Below, one piece after another: positions 12,829-25,000 of a stretch of 64,000 bases of DNA (positions within the stretch are counted from its first letter, which is position 1; each line of letters begins with the position of its first letter). The notes below the pieces were generated by a model that had not been told where the DNA came from, ran no database searches, and was given only the letters and a program-made list of their open reading frames with translations. The stretch is from assembly GCF_000372725.1 (NCBI RefSeq), contig NW_005201318.1:293016-357015 (forward strand). Reading direction: 5' to 3'. A program made the translations under genes and the position numbers. Source of the DNA: Emiliania huxleyi CCMP1516 (Eukaryota).

Positions 12829-13933
12829 CTGAGCCCTGGCTGTCAGGCTGTCAGGTGCTGTCAGGTGATCTGTCGGGCTGTCGGGCAGCTGTCAGGCACT
12901 GTCAGGTGCCTCTGTCAGACCAGCTGTCGGGTGCTGTCAGTGCTGTCAGGTGCTGTCGGGTGCGTGTCTGACATCAGAGGGGCTCTGTAGCTGTCGGGTG
13001 CTGTCGGAGCTGTCGGGTGTTGCTGTCAGACGCTGTCGGAGCTGTCAGAGCTCTGTCAGGCTGCTGCTGCTGTCAGACGTTGGGCTGTTGCTGTCAGGTG
13101 CTGTCAGGTGGTGCTGTCGGGGTGCTGTCAGGCTCTGACACACACCAGCCACACTTATGACACTATCAAGAGGAGACCAGCAGGACTCTACTGCACACAT
13201 ACTCTAAGTCTCTACTCTGCCTCCGGTCCCACCATCTTCTTCATGGTGGACGTCACCATCTTCTTGTCTGCCGCACTGAGAGAATAGCAGAGAGGCAGGC
13301 TGGAGTGCTTCTTCAGGTACACCTTGCTGATGATCTGGTAGTTGCTTGCCCAGCGGAAGGCCTCCCCATCGTTGTCGCTCGTCAGCTTGTAGTACTTGCA
13401 CGCTCTGTTCTGGTAGCGCGGGCCGTCTGGGGGGGTCCCGTCACCCTTTTCACCTCACGGTACCACCGGAGGATAAAGAGGCCCTCGGGGTCGTTGATGA
13501 AGACCCCGTTGCTGCGCTGCTCCGCAGAGGTGGGGCGGGAGGGTTGAGACAGAGACCCTAGGAGAGACCCATGACCATCCCATGAGCATGACTACATGTC
13601 TTTGCGTGTAATAGTTTTGTTATACCCTCATGGGGCAGAAGAAAGAGGCTGCACGGCCTGTGTACGGTCTGTGCTGCTGTCGGGCTGGTCGGGCTGTCGG
13701 GCTGTCAGCGCTGCTGTCAGACCACTGTGTGCTGTCGGGCTGTCGGGCAGCTGTCAGGCTGTCACGTTACTCGTTAGGGCCTGACAGCGACGGAGCCCCT
13801 CTGATGTCAGACTCTGCTGTCAGGCTGTCAGATACGTGCTGTTAGCAGAGAAGTGCTGTCAACGCTGTCAGGCTGTCGGGCACTGTCAGGCGCTGTCCGG
13901 GGTTTGCTGTCAGGCTGTCAGACCAGGGCTCAG
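12829..13933. mobile_element. Non-autonomous hAT-type DNA transposon
   Basis: 11-bp TIR ctgagccctgg (12829-12839) / ccagggctcag (13923-13933), 8-bp TSD agagaggc (12821-12828, 13934-13941), dense subterminal ctgtcag/ctgtcgg motifs. A near-empty-site paralogue lies at ~12060-12100. Confidence 0.9.
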
Positions 13934-14327
13934 AGAGAGGCGCCTGCAGGACGTTGGAGAAGATTGGGAGAAGGCGGACGCAGGCGGGCAGCGGTACAGC
14001 GGTAGAGCCGGAGCGGCTGGCGGCGGAAAAGGGGGCGTGAGGGCTGGCGCGCGCGCGATCAGAGATTTTTAGGAGCCAACAAGAAATCTGGCACTGACAG
14101 TGATTTGGGCTCGGCAGCTTGTCGACTACCAGCCGAAGCCGGAGTCGGAACCGTACTCGAGTAGCCGAGATGGTCGTCGTACGTCGAGGGTGTCGAAAAT
14201 GTCATTCGCCGCGCTAGTAGAGCCGGAGCCGCATGAGTCTTGGTCGGAGGAGGACTCTTCCGGGAGCGAGCAACGAGGCAAGTGCTGAGATGTCGCAATA
14301 AGTAGCGACATCGCAACAAAAATAGGA

Positions 14328-14400
14328 TTTCCCCACAGGGACTCGAACCCTGGTCTTTCGGGTGAGAGCCGAATATCCTAACCAACTAGACTATAGGGAA
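14328..14400 (-). tRNA. tRNA-Glu, anticodon CTC
   Basis: TTCCCTATAGTCTAGTTGGTTAGGATATTCGGCTCTCACCCGAAAGACCAGGGTTCGAGTCCCTGTGGGGAAA: 7-bp acceptor stem, TTCGG/CCGAA anticodon stem, GGTTCGA T-loop, followed by a T5 Pol III terminator. Confidence 0.95.
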
Positions 14401-14693
14401 GTCTGATAGAGCCCGCCGAGCGGCAGTATATGTACGTCTGAGGTGAATTTTCATGAAAAATAAGAGGGTAAGGAGGTGGAGGTGTGATGGTGAGAGGAAG
14501 AGGATGTGTGAGGTGAGGAGGTGGAGGTGTGATGATGAGGAAATGGAGGGGTGGTGGTAAGTGAGTGAGAGTGAGAAGAGAAGGTGAGGATAATAAAGCA
14601 TTTAATCAAAACAATTTTTTACGGCAGACTCGTGAATAAAGAAATATCCGACGCCGACGACGACCCGCAGTCGGCAGCGGTCCGTCCTGTGCC

Positions 14694-15578
14694 ATGCACA
14701 TGCTGCGCCGCGTCGCGATGGCGGCGCGAGCCCCCGCGCGGCGCCAGGCACGCCGCCTGACGTCGGTCACGCCCATCGAGTTGAAACGCAGGCACCTGCC
14801 TGGTCCCGCCGGTGCGGCGGAGCCGCCGCTCGTGCTCGTGCACGGCATCTTTGGGATGGGAAACAATTTTGCGACGGTCGGGCGGAAGCTTGCGGCGCGG
14901 CGCGAGGTGGTGCTCGTCGACCTGCGCAACCACGGCGGCAGCCCGTGGCACGACGACGCCTCGTTTGAGGCCATGCGTGCCGACATGGAGGGCGTCCTCG
15001 AGTCGATCGGGCGACCTGTGAGCCTGTGCGGCCACTCGCTCGGCGGCAAGGTGGCCATGCTGACGGCGCTGCAGCGGCCCGACCTCGTCGCGCGCCTGTG
15101 CGTCGCCGACATCGCGCCGGTCCGATACGAGATGGAGGCAAACCGGGCCATCATCGAGGCGCTGCTCGCCGTGCCCGAGACGGCGCTCGGCGACCGAAAG
15201 GAGGTGGATTCGGCGCTCGCGGCGAGCGAGACAGCCATCGCGCAGGGAGGGGGCGGGCTCGGCAACCCCTTCGTGCGTGGCTTCCTGCTGCAGAGCCTGC
15301 AGCCCGAAACGCGCAGCTGGCGCCTGAACTTGCGCGCGCTGCTCGGGAGCTACGAGGCGCTGCGCGGCTTCCCCGCGCCCGCCGGGTCGAGGGCCGAGAT
15401 GCCGGCGCTCTTCATCGGGGGCGCGAACGGCGGCATGCTCCAGCCGAAGCACCTTCCTGCGTGCGAGGCCCTCTTCCCCAACGCGCGCCTCGAGATGGTG
15501 GCCACCGGCCACTTTGTGCACTCGGAGGCGCCGGCCACGTTTGTAGAGCTGGTGGACCGTTTCTGCGCCGACGGCTGA
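14694..15578 (+). CDS. Alpha/beta hydrolase, ABHD11/YbfF-like esterase
   Basis: LVHGIFG..NF, VDLRNHGGS, GHSLGGK nucleophile elbow, DIAP, GHFVHSE. The Arg-rich N-terminus resembles a mitochondrial presequence. Confidence 0.9.
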   Translation: MHMLRRVAMAARAPARRQARRLTSVTPIELKRRHLPGPAGAAEPPLVLVHGIFGMGNNFATVGRKLAARREVVLVDLRNHGGSPWHDDASFEAMRADMEGVLESIGRPVSLCGHSLGGKVAMLTALQRPDLVARLCVADIAPVRYEMEANRAIIEALLAVPETALGDRKEVDSALAASETAIAQGGGGLGNPFVRGFLLQSLQPETRSWRLNLRALLGSYEALRGFPAPAGSRAEMPALFIGGANGGMLQPKHLPACEALFPNARLEMVATGHFVHSEAPATFVELVDRFCADG

Positions 15579-16433
15579 GGTGGGGGCGTCTACTCAAAAA
15601 AGAAAAACGGGCGCCCAATCTGCGTTTCTTTTTTCTCACACCACGTGCCTCTCGGCACCGCCGTTCTTGAAAAAGTGGGTGGGTGGGGGGTAAACTTTGC
15701 GTAAACGCTTCGTAGGCCCCGGATCCGCGCGGATGGTGAGTGGGTGGGTGGGTGGGTGGTGGGTGGGTGGTGGGTGGGGTGGGTGGGTGGGTGGGTGGAT
15801 TGGGGTGGGTTTGGTCGTTTCTCTCTCCCCTCCGCGCGCGTCTTCGAGGCACAGCTCTCGTCGTTGCCACAGCATGTCGTTCCTCGCACCGTGCCCACGC
15901 GACGGCACCAGCTGACCGATATCGCGCTCCCTGACGGCTGCCGCGTGCCTTACGGGCGCTTACGGCGCGCTCAACAAGTCATCCGAGGGCGGACTGCTGT
16001 TACGCTCGACGAGTGCGACGCCGCTCCAGCAGCTCGAGGGGTTCAAACGCGAGGCGACCAGCGTCTCCGCCGAGCTCGACGACGAGGCGGCCGTAATTAT
16101 CTCCTGTCCTCGGGAGGGCGGCGGCGGCCCGGTGCAGAGTCGGAGGCGCGCTCCCGATGACAAATATTCGCCTCACAGTCAAACACGCTACACGGCTGCT
16201 CACACGCCCAGCCGTGCTCTGGTGCGTCGCTTGGGACGCCTCTGCCGCCGAGATGTCGAGGCCGGCGCGCACTCTTCGACTTGGGCTATTATCTGGCCTC
16301 GGGAGGGCGGCGGCGGCGGTGTTGGGGCCTGAGTACTAAAAAAGAAAAATAGACCTCAATCGAGGTGCTCGCATCGGCGCTCTTCGCCTTGACAGCCGCG
16401 TCCCTCGCAAGCACCCTTTTCCCTTCCTCTCAT

Positions 16434-19400
16434 ATGGCCGGCAAGGTGGACGAGAATGGCGTCCTGTGGAACGCCAACCAGGCTCGCCACCACTGCTGAG
16501 CCCGCCTCCCCCAGTGCCGCCAGCCCCGCCGCGGCCATCGGCACCAGCACACATTTTGTTGCCGGACCTTTGTTTCCGGGCACCTCGCGCCACAGCCCGC
16601 CCAAATCTCGCAGGTCGGCGCCTTCTCTGATTGCTTCGGCGGGCACAAAAACCTTTGGGAGACGCTCGTCGCCTCGGCAGCGACGCACGGTCCCCTCCAG
16701 TGTGCGGGCGTGCGCAAGATTCTCGAAGTCGTGCCCGAGGGGGGCTTCGAAAAGCTGCGCATGGCGCCCAACTACGAGTGGATGACCTACTCCGAGTACT
16801 TCAAGACGGCCGACTCGCTCGGCGCCGGCCTCGCCGAGGCCATCCCCGGCCTAAAGGCGAACGACACGGTGGTCATCTACGCAGACACGCAGCGCGACTG
16901 GATGCTCGCTGCGTACGCCTGCTGGCGGCAGGGGTACGTCGTTGGGACGATCTACGCGACGCTCGGCGCCGAGGGCGCCGAGTACGGCATCAACCAGTCC
17001 GGCTGCAAGGCGCACGCGCCGCCCGTCCTGCACTTGGCGCTACGTGCAGCCCTCACCGCCCTGGCCGCGCCACGCCGTCGCCGCCTCACTCGCAGAAGCC
17101 CTCTTCCGCGCCTCCCACCATCACGAGCCCGCACACCGCCGACCGCTGCCCACCACCCACCCCACTGGCCGACGCTGCCTTGTGCAGGCGGTCGTCGCAG
17201 ACTCCAAGCTGCTCAAGATCCTGGCGGTGACTGCTCTTGAATAACCCCTGCAACCCGCTCAGTCTCTGATCTCCCCTCTCATTGAGCACTTCTATACACA
17301 CACTCGAAGTGGCCTTGTCGTGTGGAGGGAAGAGCTAGAATCGTCATCCAGGAGGGAACCACCCCCCCCCCCCCCCCTGTTTTTTTTTTTGTTTTTTTTT
17401 TCCCCCTCCTTTCTTTCTTCTTCTCTTTTTTCTCCTCCCTTCCTTTTTTCTTTTTTTTTTTCTTTCTTCTNNNNNNNNNNNNNNNNNNNNNNNNNNNNNN
17501 NNNNNNNNNNNNNNNNNNNNNNNNNNNNNNNNNNNNNNNNNNNNNNNNNNNNNNNNNNNNNNNNNNNNNNNNNNNNNNNNNNNNNNNNNNNNNNNNNNNN
17601 NNNNNNNNNNNNNNNNNNNNNNNNNNNNNNNNNNNNNNNNNNNNNNNNNNNNNNNNNNNNNNNNNNNNNNNNNNNNNNNNNNNNNNNNNNNNNNNNNNNN
17701 NNNNNNNNNNNNNNNNNNNNNNNNNNNNNNNNNNNNNNNNNNNNNNNNNNNNNNNNNNNNNNNNNNNNNNNNNNNNNNNNNNNNNNNNNNNNNNNNNNNN
17801 NNNNNNNNNNNNNNNNNNNNNNNNNNNNNNNNNNNNNNNNNNNNNNNNNNNNNNNNNNNNNNNNNNNNNNNNNNNNNNNNNNNNNNNNNNNNNNNNNNNN
17901 NNNNNNNNNNNNNNNNNNNNNNNNNNNNNNNNNNNNNNNNNNNNNNNNNNNNNNNNNNNNNNNNNNNNNNNNNNNNNNNNNNNNNNNNNNNNNNNNNNNN
18001 NNNNNNNNNNNNNNNNNNNNNNNNNNNNNNNNNNNNNNNNNNNNNNNNNNNNNNNNNNNNNNNNNNNNNNNNNNNNNNNNNNNNNNNNNNNNNNNNNNNN
18101 NNNNNNNNNNNNNNNNNNNNNNNNNNNNNNNNNNNNNNNNNNNNNNNNNNNNNNNNNNNNNNNNNNNNNNNNNNNNNNNNNNNNNNNNNNNNNNNNNNNN
18201 NNNNNNNNNNNNNNNNNNNNNNNNNNNNNNNNNNNNNNNNNNNNNNNNNNNNNNNNNNNNNNNNNNNNNNNNNNNNNNNNNNNNNNNNNNNNNNNNNNNN
18301 NNNNNNNNNNNNNNNNNNNNNNNNNNNNNNNNNNNNNNNNNNNNNNNNNNNNNNNNNNNNNNNNNNNNNNNNNNNNNNNNNNNNNNNNNNNNNNNNNNNN
18401 NNNNNNNNNNNNNNNNNNNNNNNNNNNNNNNNNNNNNNNNNNNNNNNNNNNNTTCCCCGGGGGTTTGCTTTTCCCTGGCGGCCCCCTCTTTTTCTCTCCT
18501 CCCCCCCCCCCCCCTCTTCCTCCGCAAGCTCCTCCCGACCCCTCCCCCCCCCCTCCTCCTCCGCAAGCTCCTCCCGACCCCCCCCCCCGCCACCGCGAGT
18601 CCCGCCAGTCACCCCCACACCACCCCCTTCACGGGAGGCGGGGAGGGGCGGCGCGGGGTCCAGAGTAACACGCGACTGCGGACTGAGGCGTGACAATGAC
18701 TGCTGTAGCTCGGCGACGTGGCCATCGTCGCGCCCTCCATCTTCGTCGCCGCACCGGCGGTGCTCGACAAGGTGTGTGACATTCGCGCGTGCCATAGTGC
18801 AGCGCGATTGACATTGGCGAGGCCGGCATACGCGCTCCGCACGGCCCAGCTACGCGCATTGGGCGCCAGCACGCGCTTGCCCTCCTCGCTCTCCCAGTAG
18901 CCCCCGAGGGCGAGGAAGTCCGGTCCGGGCGAGAGGAACGAGGAGCTGATCCCCAGGCCCCCGACCACGCAGGTTCTCGTCGGCATCAAGGCCAAGTTCG
19001 CCGCGCTGCCTGGAATCCTGCAGGGGCGCGTCAACGCCGCGATCGCCAACGGCAAGTGCGACTACGACTCGGGCGGCGTGGGCGCTCACTGGACGTACAT
19101 CATCGGCGAGTCCTCGCCCGCGATCCGGCCGAGATGCAGCCGAGATGCAGCCGAGCTCCAGCCGAGTTGCAGCCGTGATCCCGCCGTGAGCGAGCCGAGA
19201 CTATCGGCCGCGAGGACGCCCTCGGCCGCTCAGCCCCCGCCCCCCCCTTCTCTCCGCTGCCGCAGGCAACCTCATCTTCAAAAAGGTGCAGAAGCTGCTC
19301 GGCGGCAACGTGGAGCTGATGGTGACCGGCAAAGCGCCCTAGAAGCGGAAGACGGAGTCGTGTCCTCCAACCAGCGCTCGAGAGGACCCGCCCTCCGCTG

Positions 19401-20635
19401 TCGTCGACCGTATTCGTACCCCTCGCATTCACGCGGGGCTCTGAAGTCTCCGCACGAGACCGTTCTTCCCGCCCTGATGTCGGTGTCTTCACCCCGTAGG
19501 CTCGGCGCCCCTCGGCGCGGAGGTGCAGAAGTTTGTGCAGACCGTCTTCAAGTGCCGCGTGCGGCAGGGCTACGGCCTCACCGAGACGTGCGCGGCCACG
19601 TGCATCGCCCTCGCGAGCGACAACACCACGGCGCAGGTCGTGGCGCGCACAGCCCCCCTAAACACGCTGGGCTATGCAATGTCCCGCGTGCATCAAGCTG
19701 CGCGACTGGGAGGAGGCGAGCCGCTTTCCGAGACACTTCCAAGACACTTCCAAGGCACTTCCGAGGCACTTCCGAGGCACTTCCGCCGAGGCACGCTTAA
19801 ATGCCGTGGGGCTCCTGTCTTCTAGACGTGGAGTCGCGAGGGCTGCCTGGCCCTTGCCCCACCACCTCGTGTGTGGAGAAGTTCACCTTCCCTTCCCTCA
19901 CGCCCAGGGCGGCTACATGAACGCCGACAAGGACAACAAGGAGATCGGCATGCCCCGCGGCGAGATCCTCATCGGCGGGCCGGGCGTGTGCGACGGCTAC
20001 CTCGTCGACCCGGCCGCGCCGGACCCGGACGTGGTGGCGAAGAACCGCGACGAGTTCGTGACGATCGACGGCCAGCGCTACTTTTGCACCGGCGACGTCG
20101 GCCAGTACACGCCCGAGGGCAACCTGATGATCATCGATCGCAAGAAGGACCTGGTCAAGCTGCAGCAGGGCGAGTACGTCGCCCTCTCCAAGGTTGAGAA
20201 CGTGCTCAAGACGTCGCAGTACACGGCGCTGCCGATGGTGTACGCGCTTTCCTCGATGTCGTACTGCATCGCGCTCATCTGCCCAAACGAGGGCCCGCTC
20301 ATGAAGCTCGCGGCCTCGCTCGGCGTGTCGGGAGATCTCGGCGCCGTCTGCGAGGACGCAAAGGTGGTCGCCGCCGTGCTCAAGGACATCACCGCCGAGT
20401 GCAAGAAGGGCAAGCTCGCCAAGTTTGAGATCCCGACCAAGGTCATCCTCGTCGCCGAGCTCTGGACGCCGGAGAACGAGCTGCTCACGGCGGTGAGCGC
20501 TCGCCCCCCAGGGGGCGGGCTTCCACGGAGGCCGGGGCTCCCTGAGGGCACTGGCGGTGCGAATAGGTGCGCAAGCTCAAGCGGCGCGAGATCGTCGCGT
20601 GCCACAAGGCGCAGATCGACAAGTGCTACGTCTAG
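16434..20635 (+). CDS. Long-chain acyl-CoA synthetase (ACSL3/4-, LACS-like), multi-exon, spanning an N gap
   Basis: YEWMTY, VVIYADT..DW, TIYATLG, MVTGSAPL, QGYGLTETCA, PRGEILIGG, FCTGDVG, IIDRKKDLVKLQQGEYVALSKVE, WTPENELLTA|VRKLKR. Several GC-AG introns. The start codon is tentative. Confidence 0.93.
19329..19499 (+). mobile_element. Introner-like intron (family I) in the acyl-CoA synthetase
   Basis: Homologous from cctagaagcggaagac to ccctga..cggtg...cgtag with the kinase introns. Flanked by ggcaaagcgc/ggctcggcgc. Splicing restores TGSAPL. Confidence 0.8.
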
Positions 20636-20925
20636 GCGGCCGCGCCCTGGGCGAGCGGCCAGAACCAAAGTAGGAGTGTTCATTTGGCATGCGGGGAGTT
20701 TCCCCTCTTGCCTTGGACGGAGCGGGGACCCACCCTCGAGCGCGTGGGCTGCGGCGGCGGCCTGCGGGAGCGTGCCCGGGGCGCCCTCTGTTCCAGCTGG
20801 GTACTAGACTAACTTATGGCATTCATGCAGAGAACAGTGTGGTGAGAGCCCCACAAGTCAAGGTGGATTTTCAAACGGCCCCTCACTGTACGGTAGTTTG
20901 CCCGGCCGGCGGCGTCGATCGCAAC

Positions 20926-21951
20926 ATGTGCGGGCCGAACAGCGCCACAGCCTCGGGCTACAAGACGCAGGACCACCTGCAGCCGGCACCTGCGTCCGAG
21001 GCCGCCGATGGAGACCTGGTGGTTGAGGAATTCCCGATCAGCTTTGGTGGCTACACGTATCCACACGGCCGCATCGCCTACGTCAAGGGACGGCAGCCAA
21101 CCCCCGTCATCCTCGTCCACCACAACTACGCGGGCTGCAAGCGGTTTGACGTGGACCAGGCGGCGTACCTCGCGCTCTGCGGATACGTCGGGCTCGCGGT
21201 AGACTTATACCCGGAGTGCGAGATGTACACTTCAGCCGACCGCTCCGTGAACGTCGACAGGGCCCGCCACTTCAAGGGCTCGTTCGACTACATGCAGTCG
21301 CTTCTCGTCGACCCAGCGAAGTGGCGCTCGCTCATGGGCGCGTTCATGGCTGCGGCGGACGTACACCCCGCTGTGGCGGCCGGGAAAGCGGGCTGCATCG
21401 GCTATTGCCTCGGCGGCCAGAGCTGCTTCGAGCAGCTTCGAGCTGGTCACGCGATCCAGGCGCTCGTCTCGCTGCACGGGCTGCTCCACTCGCGGCCGAT
21501 GGTCGAGGGCCTCCCCTTTTGGGACCCGCTCCAGCGCATAAGTGCCGAGGAGTACGCGCAACGCATCCAGCCGCCGCCGAGCGCGATGACGCCTGGTTGC
21601 ATTGTGCTCGTCGAGAACGGAGCGGACGACGAGCACGTGCCGGAGGACATGCAGAAGGAGTGGATCAAGGAGATGGACGGCAGCGGGGTCGACTGGCGCT
21701 TCACCAACCATGCGCGAACGCCACACGGCTTTGCACTCGCCCCCGGCGTCGTCGCGACCTCGTACATGGAGGCGGCCGATCGTAGGTCGACCCTGTCGAT
21801 GCTTGGCGCGTTCGCAGAGGCATGGCCGCATGTCGAGCAGCACCATGTGACGCGCAACGCCTCGGGCACCATCATCCCCTACGCGATCCCCACCTCCGCC
21901 GAGCTCGCGCTGCCGATCAGCGCCATCGGCGATGCGAAGCCTCGGGGTTAG
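20926..21951 (+). CDS. Dienelactone hydrolase family protein
   Basis: GYVGLAVDLY, GCIGYCLGG (Cys nucleophile), VSLHG, NGADD, HGF. Confidence 0.88.
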   Translation: MCGPNSATASGYKTQDHLQPAPASEAADGDLVVEEFPISFGGYTYPHGRIAYVKGRQPTPVILVHHNYAGCKRFDVDQAAYLALCGYVGLAVDLYPECEMYTSADRSVNVDRARHFKGSFDYMQSLLVDPAKWRSLMGAFMAAADVHPAVAAGKAGCIGYCLGGQSCFEQLRAGHAIQALVSLHGLLHSRPMVEGLPFWDPLQRISAEEYAQRIQPPPSAMTPGCIVLVENGADDEHVPEDMQKEWIKEMDGSGVDWRFTNHARTPHGFALAPGVVATSYMEAADRRSTLSMLGAFAEAWPHVEQHHVTRNASGTIIPYAIPTSAELALPISAIGDAKPRG

Positions 21952-22071
21952 CTTCAGGGCTTGTGTGTTGGAAGGAGATCTGTTTTGATTAAGATTTCTT
22001 TCCCCCTTTTTCCTCGTCGCCATGTGCATGTGCATGCCCCTGCTAGGGTGCATGTGCATTTAACATCTGAC

Positions 22072-25000
22072 ATGCTCGCTCACACGCACGCACGCTGCGG
22101 CGCCAGCGACAGCGAGGCCGCGATTGTGCTCCTGCACGGCTTCCTGGGCGATCGGCGCGACGTCGAGCCGCTGCGCCAAAAGCTCGGCGCTCTCGCGGAC
22201 TGCATCAGCCTCGACCTTCCCGGGCACGGCGACAGTGCGTGGATGCCGACCATCGACGCTGGGACGTCCGCCGTTGACGCCGCGCTCGCGACGCTAGAGG
22301 CGCTGTGTCCGCCGCCTGCGCGGCTGCTGCTCGTCGGGTACTCGATGGGTGGCCGCGTGGCGCTCCAGCTGGCGGCACGCCTGCCGCCGCCTCGCCTCGC
22401 CGGACTCGTCATCCTGAGCGGTAGCCCTGGGCTGGACGACGGCGCGTTGCGCGAGGCGCGGCTCTCTCGCGACGTTGCCCTCGCCGCGCGGCTGCGAGCG
22501 ATGACCCCGCCGCACTTTGACGAGTGGCTGCGACGGGAGTGGTATCGTGCGGCCTTGTGGGGTGGCCGGCTGCAAGAACACCCCTCCTTTGAGCGAATGC
22601 TGCTCCGGCGCACCGACGGCGCTCAGCCGCGCGACCGCGCGGCGTCGCTCGAACGCGAGAGCGTGGGTCGGCAACCCTCGTGTTGGCCGTGGCTCGAGGC
22701 GCCGCCCGCGCCAGTCCTGTACGTCGCCGGCGAGGAGGACGAAGCCTACTGCAAGGTGGCGACGAGGCTGGCCGAGCACTCCGGCGGGCTTGCGAGAGGC
22801 GGAGAGGAGGCGTGGCGTCGACCAGCACTCACGATCGGCTCGACTTCCCTAGGCGTCGCCGAGCCGGTGGAGCGGCGGCTTGTGCGGGTGGCGGTGCTGC
22901 CTGCTGCTGGCCACGCACTTCTCACCGAGGCCCCTCACCCCACTAGCTTCGCAAACCGATCGGACCGCGCAAAACCGAGGCCTCGCAAACCGATCGGACC
23001 GCGAAGCCGTAGGCCTCCGCGCCCGTCGCTGAGATATGCCACGCCTTCGCGAGCCAAGTGCTGCCACCGCCGCTTGTGCCGGCGTCGCCGCCGCTATCGG
23101 AGGGCGTGCGGATTCAAGCGCGTGGGCCGGAAGGCGTCGACGCGCTGTCTGCGCGTCTGCTGCCGTTCCGCTTGCCGCTGACGGCGCGACGTTCCTCGCG
23201 TGCCCACCGACTCTGCTGCTTGGAGGCGACCTCTTCTGTCTGTTGCACAGGCGCCGCTGCCGCTCGCGCGCGGACCTCCCCTCTCGGAACGCGCCGGCGT
23301 ACTTCTACTTGTGGAAGGCAACGTTTCGCTGCCGTGCCCGCTCCGCCCGCGCGGCTCTCTCAGCCGTTCACGCGGTCGCTCAGGTATGGCCGCGGACGGG
23401 AGGGCGGTGCGTGGTTTGGGGGAGGTGTGCCCGCTTCCCGGGCGCGCGATGACGGCGGGCGCGCATGAAGGTGGCGGCGGGAGTGCCTGAATCGCCGAGG
23501 GGCGTGTTTGGCGTTAGGTTCCATAGCGAGAGCCTCGACGAGGCGGCGGCGCAGCTCCGTTCCGTCGCTCACCGGTTGCAAGGAGCTCTGCTGCCCTTTG
23601 CGGTCGCTCGGCTCGACGGCCCGCCTCTCATGTCCATGTACCCGCGGCGGCTGTGAACGGCGTCTCTTCACACCTCCAGCTGTGAACAGGCCCGACCGCC
23701 AAGCGAGGCTAGTTCGGACAAGGCAGCGGAACGGAGGGGCGGTGGTGGCCGCCCCGTAGGCTCGATGAGTGCTTGGCTCGCCGCGGCTTGCGATCGGCCG
23801 AGCAAGTTGGCTTTTGGGCCCTTGCTACCGAGCGTGCGCTGCGCACTCGAAATGGCGTGCCTGCATTTGCTCGCGCAAGCAGCCAACACGAGCATCGCTC
23901 AACTCGTCTGCTGTGCACGACGAGCGCCCTACCAGTCGCACGCGCGTCTCCGCAAGCCGGCGGAGCGGCCCCCGCAGCTCCGAAAGCTTGGGGGGCTATG
24001 CGCATAGGTCCGCATCAACGGGCTGCTCGCCAGGGGCGAGGCTTCCTCTCTCGAGGCGGCGGCAGACGCCGCAAGAGCAGCCGTTGATTCGGCGCGTCCC
24101 TCCTCTCGCGCCTGCGCTTCTGGACCGGCAGTGAAACACGCGGCAGCTCGCATGCGCACGTGGAAGGTCAAGGTGGGGGGAGGCAAGGCTGCGAGCGAGG
24201 ACGGAGCAGTGGCCGTTGCCACGCATCGAAACCTCGCCGGCCGGCCGTAGGTGAGCCGGCGTTCGCGGGGCCGTGAGTGGGGGTCCCCACCGATGCCCCT
24301 CTGACTACTGCACTTTTGTCTGTGTTGATGCCTTTCCCTGAGAACGCACAACACGCCTCGTGTGTAATGCCCCGTGTGTTCCGCGAGCGTGTGTGCCCCG
24401 TCGTCCGTGGTAGGACGTGTGTAACACTGACTGACTGACTGTAGGTGATCCGGCGGCAGACGGCCGCCGGATCGGGAAGCTGCTCCTCGGCTGCACGGCG
24501 CTAGGCGCCCGCCTCCGCCTCGACGCGAACCAAGCTTGGAGCAGAGAGCAGGCGGCATGTAGAGAGCCGTCCATAGCGAGATGACGCGACGCTCCTTCGA
24601 CAGCCCGCGGGCCGCGGAGATATTCAAGCCCCGAACGTTTGCACTTCTGTTGACTCTGCATTTCTGTGACTGCCAATCCTCTCTTGAGATTGCACACAAT
24701 GCCTCGTGTGTCCGCGCGTGTGCCCCCCCTGCTAGGACGTGTGTAACACTGACTGATTGATTGTCTGACCGTTGAGCAGGCGGCCACTTTCTGCGAGGCA
24801 ATGCAAACCGAGTGGGAGGCAGGGTGCGCCGCCCTCTGTCCCGAACACCAACGTGGCGACGGCGCCGGGGCGGTCTCCGCTCCAGCACCGCGTTGGCCGC
24901 CGCCCGCCCTCGATTTCTGCGAAGAGCCGCTGATGGCTCGGTTGCATGCGCAGTTGCCGGCGCTTCACGCCCAGTACGGTCTTCGACACGCCATCGACGA

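Noticed and set aside
12258..14400. Prophage/ICE-style attL/attR integration at the tRNA 3' end
   Set aside because: Sequence on both sides of the tRNA is duplicated too, and no integrase lies between the copies. A local tandem duplication explains it better.
15735..15812. (GGGT/GGT)n tract as a telomeric remnant
   Set aside because: An irregular simple repeat, not TTAGGG-type. A similar tract occurs at 5680-5710.
17292..18795. Long ORFs across the N gap
   Set aside because: Artefacts of translating Ns and low-quality homopolymer flanks.
23610..23768. ggctcga repeat at the MenC intron ends as an introner TSD
   Set aside because: A donor at 23611 breaks the frame. The in-frame donor is at 23619 (RLDG|SMSAW), where the 10-mer match is weak.
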